Part shown: one piece after another, positions 63,801-64,000 of the stretch
Layout: each line of letters begins with the position of its first letter
Position numbering within the stretch: position 1 is the first letter of the stretch
Source: an uncultured Acidobacteriaceae bacterium
GTDB taxonomy: Bacteria > Acidobacteriota > Terriglobia > Terriglobales > Acidobacteriaceae
Direction of reading: 5' to 3'
Assembly: GCA_963738855.1 (NCBI GenBank)
Contig: CAVTYC010000003.1
Location: 214,241 to 278,240, forward strand
DNA: 64,000 nucleotides
Notes under the pieces: model-generated
Database searches by the model: none
The model's input: the letters and a program-made list of their open reading frames with translations, nothing else
What the model was told of the DNA's origin: nothing
Position numbers and translations under genes: made by a program

Positions 63801-64000
63801 TGTTGCCAGTCTTTCGACTCCAGGTTCCGCGTTATCGGCGGAATCGACTGTGGTATTTCATTCTTCGCAAGCGACACAATGTTGTCGTCGGAGAGCATGC
63901 GGTCGTAGATGCGCAACTCGTCAATGTCACCGCCACGATCGAAGTTGTAGGAGCTTTCGACTCCTGTCGGCGCGATGAGCCGCGAATGCGGGCCGAACTG
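60806..64000 (-). CDS. Large protein, probably LamG-like jellyroll domain-containing (5' end outside window)
   Basis: Open frame of more than 1000 codons; GDIDELRIYDRMLS is a LamG-like terminal motif. Confidence 0.75.
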   Translation of the reverse strand, partial: QFGPHSRLIAPTGVESSYNFDRGGDIDELRIYDRMLSDDNIVSLAKNEIPQSIPPITRNLESKDWQQEWWFHYGWNRPGDIPTPLDSPFTTVRKVEIHDVYDLKRWWWKATDGIRETTWPGVYNRSRLVGRNDYFQLPDWDCYSLSGKSLTFFMPDEPWNHLEISGGAWGNMSLLSQSADTHNTTEKTLFERPQSQEKTFHQFDSAVTGQKLRFTNVEQETPIGELSAYYVHPGKEPAGIAQLKYKLTAKAETDNPSIKPLLTFIDGRYPADERMTMVAMPAGAPETKRTAPQKGLPLVHIMIPADFRDMAPERGHAYSYGWENMDGGLDGIAIDLPALHLKPTHGEYLPLNIQIKDPLWPMRNMLDFSFSVKPGEPHTLWLDTRDRILPNGKSLYITIASSSAEFGPDALEGAELRLIFKPWKEATKEHEIDRFTQVRDNYANMVEESVGSRRLNLFNRYDADITDLLRVNPEHVQGRIYWHEMNREQTKPPFTLPTPPAGVPEWAFLQVEDLGYLKRLINWYIDNRQIENGEFGGGLSDDSDFLNWWPGLAFMGSTPDKIKKSLLKTMDAMYDQHMFTNGLATIQADELHSYEDGLNVLAQSMQIDFGSPKQIERAMETARRLEWLTGINAAGHRHIRSAYFSGAKMSEEGVWGWSKDSSYMVFHPALSLVLFNGAPETRKMVLELADGLLAHRKLDKDGKYTIHTTINFKTDEDLTTPLERPWFILWAAYRWTGDKKYIQPFLEQGPASLQSINSDALDMLNVRKEWGPKVVASASKPAATETPLHLAWQVSGDKQYLEKAYATQIETAANREFLNTEGSLWIDRIYFNNGELQRARLGGVALMRNYDYPGNVVSWRFQAPANDQSVAILIPEATPDHFKIIAYNLDTTPVKANMTGWEIDPGKWEITQGTQYSTDARLQNASTRTEDFERSRDLEITFPPRTTTVLELKLVSKGVPYWSRPDLGIGADDIKVEGNRMRVTVHSLGSVDTPPAKLVLRDKAGKTLATGSVPALKAPLDLFPKTTSVALTLPAFADWQGGSVTIESNGTIPEITQMNNRVQF

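Overview
This 64-kb, GC-rich window most likely comes from an Acidobacteriaceae chromosome (Granulicella/Edaphobacter-like). That assignment is inferred from the CarboxypepD-type TonB receptors, the membrane-anchored regulator and the PEP-CTERM protein. The backbone is housekeeping: rho, ribD/ribE, ftsY, plsY-gpsA, cinA, pckG, holA-lptE, tilS-ftsH, ispD/ispF, peptidases, fbp and tRNA-Ala(CGC). A decayed ~14-kb island is integrated at the tRNA 3' end. It has a 35-bp att duplication, an internally deleted integrase and a glycan/inositol utilisation locus. The most notable signal is absent from the ORF track: a leaderless 28-codon ORF with 9 Cys codons (11748-11834). It sits in alternative hairpins and is followed by an intrinsic terminator, upstream of two microproteins, a YeiH-family transporter and a Met-poor TonB receptor. 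This is a candidate cysteine-sensing ribosome-mediated attenuator for a sulfur-acquisition operon. Other highlights are a GTCAT-tagged palindromic repeat family clustered at a stand-alone GIY-YIG nuclease (with nested copies and one in-frame copy inside holA), a candidate three-hairpin sRNA, a GxxExxY nuclease splitting ispD-ispF, and a recurrent TTCACSGTGAA operator-like palindrome. Several genes carry frameshifts that probably reflect sequencing or assembly error. All calls were made by eye; no database searches or folding programs were run.
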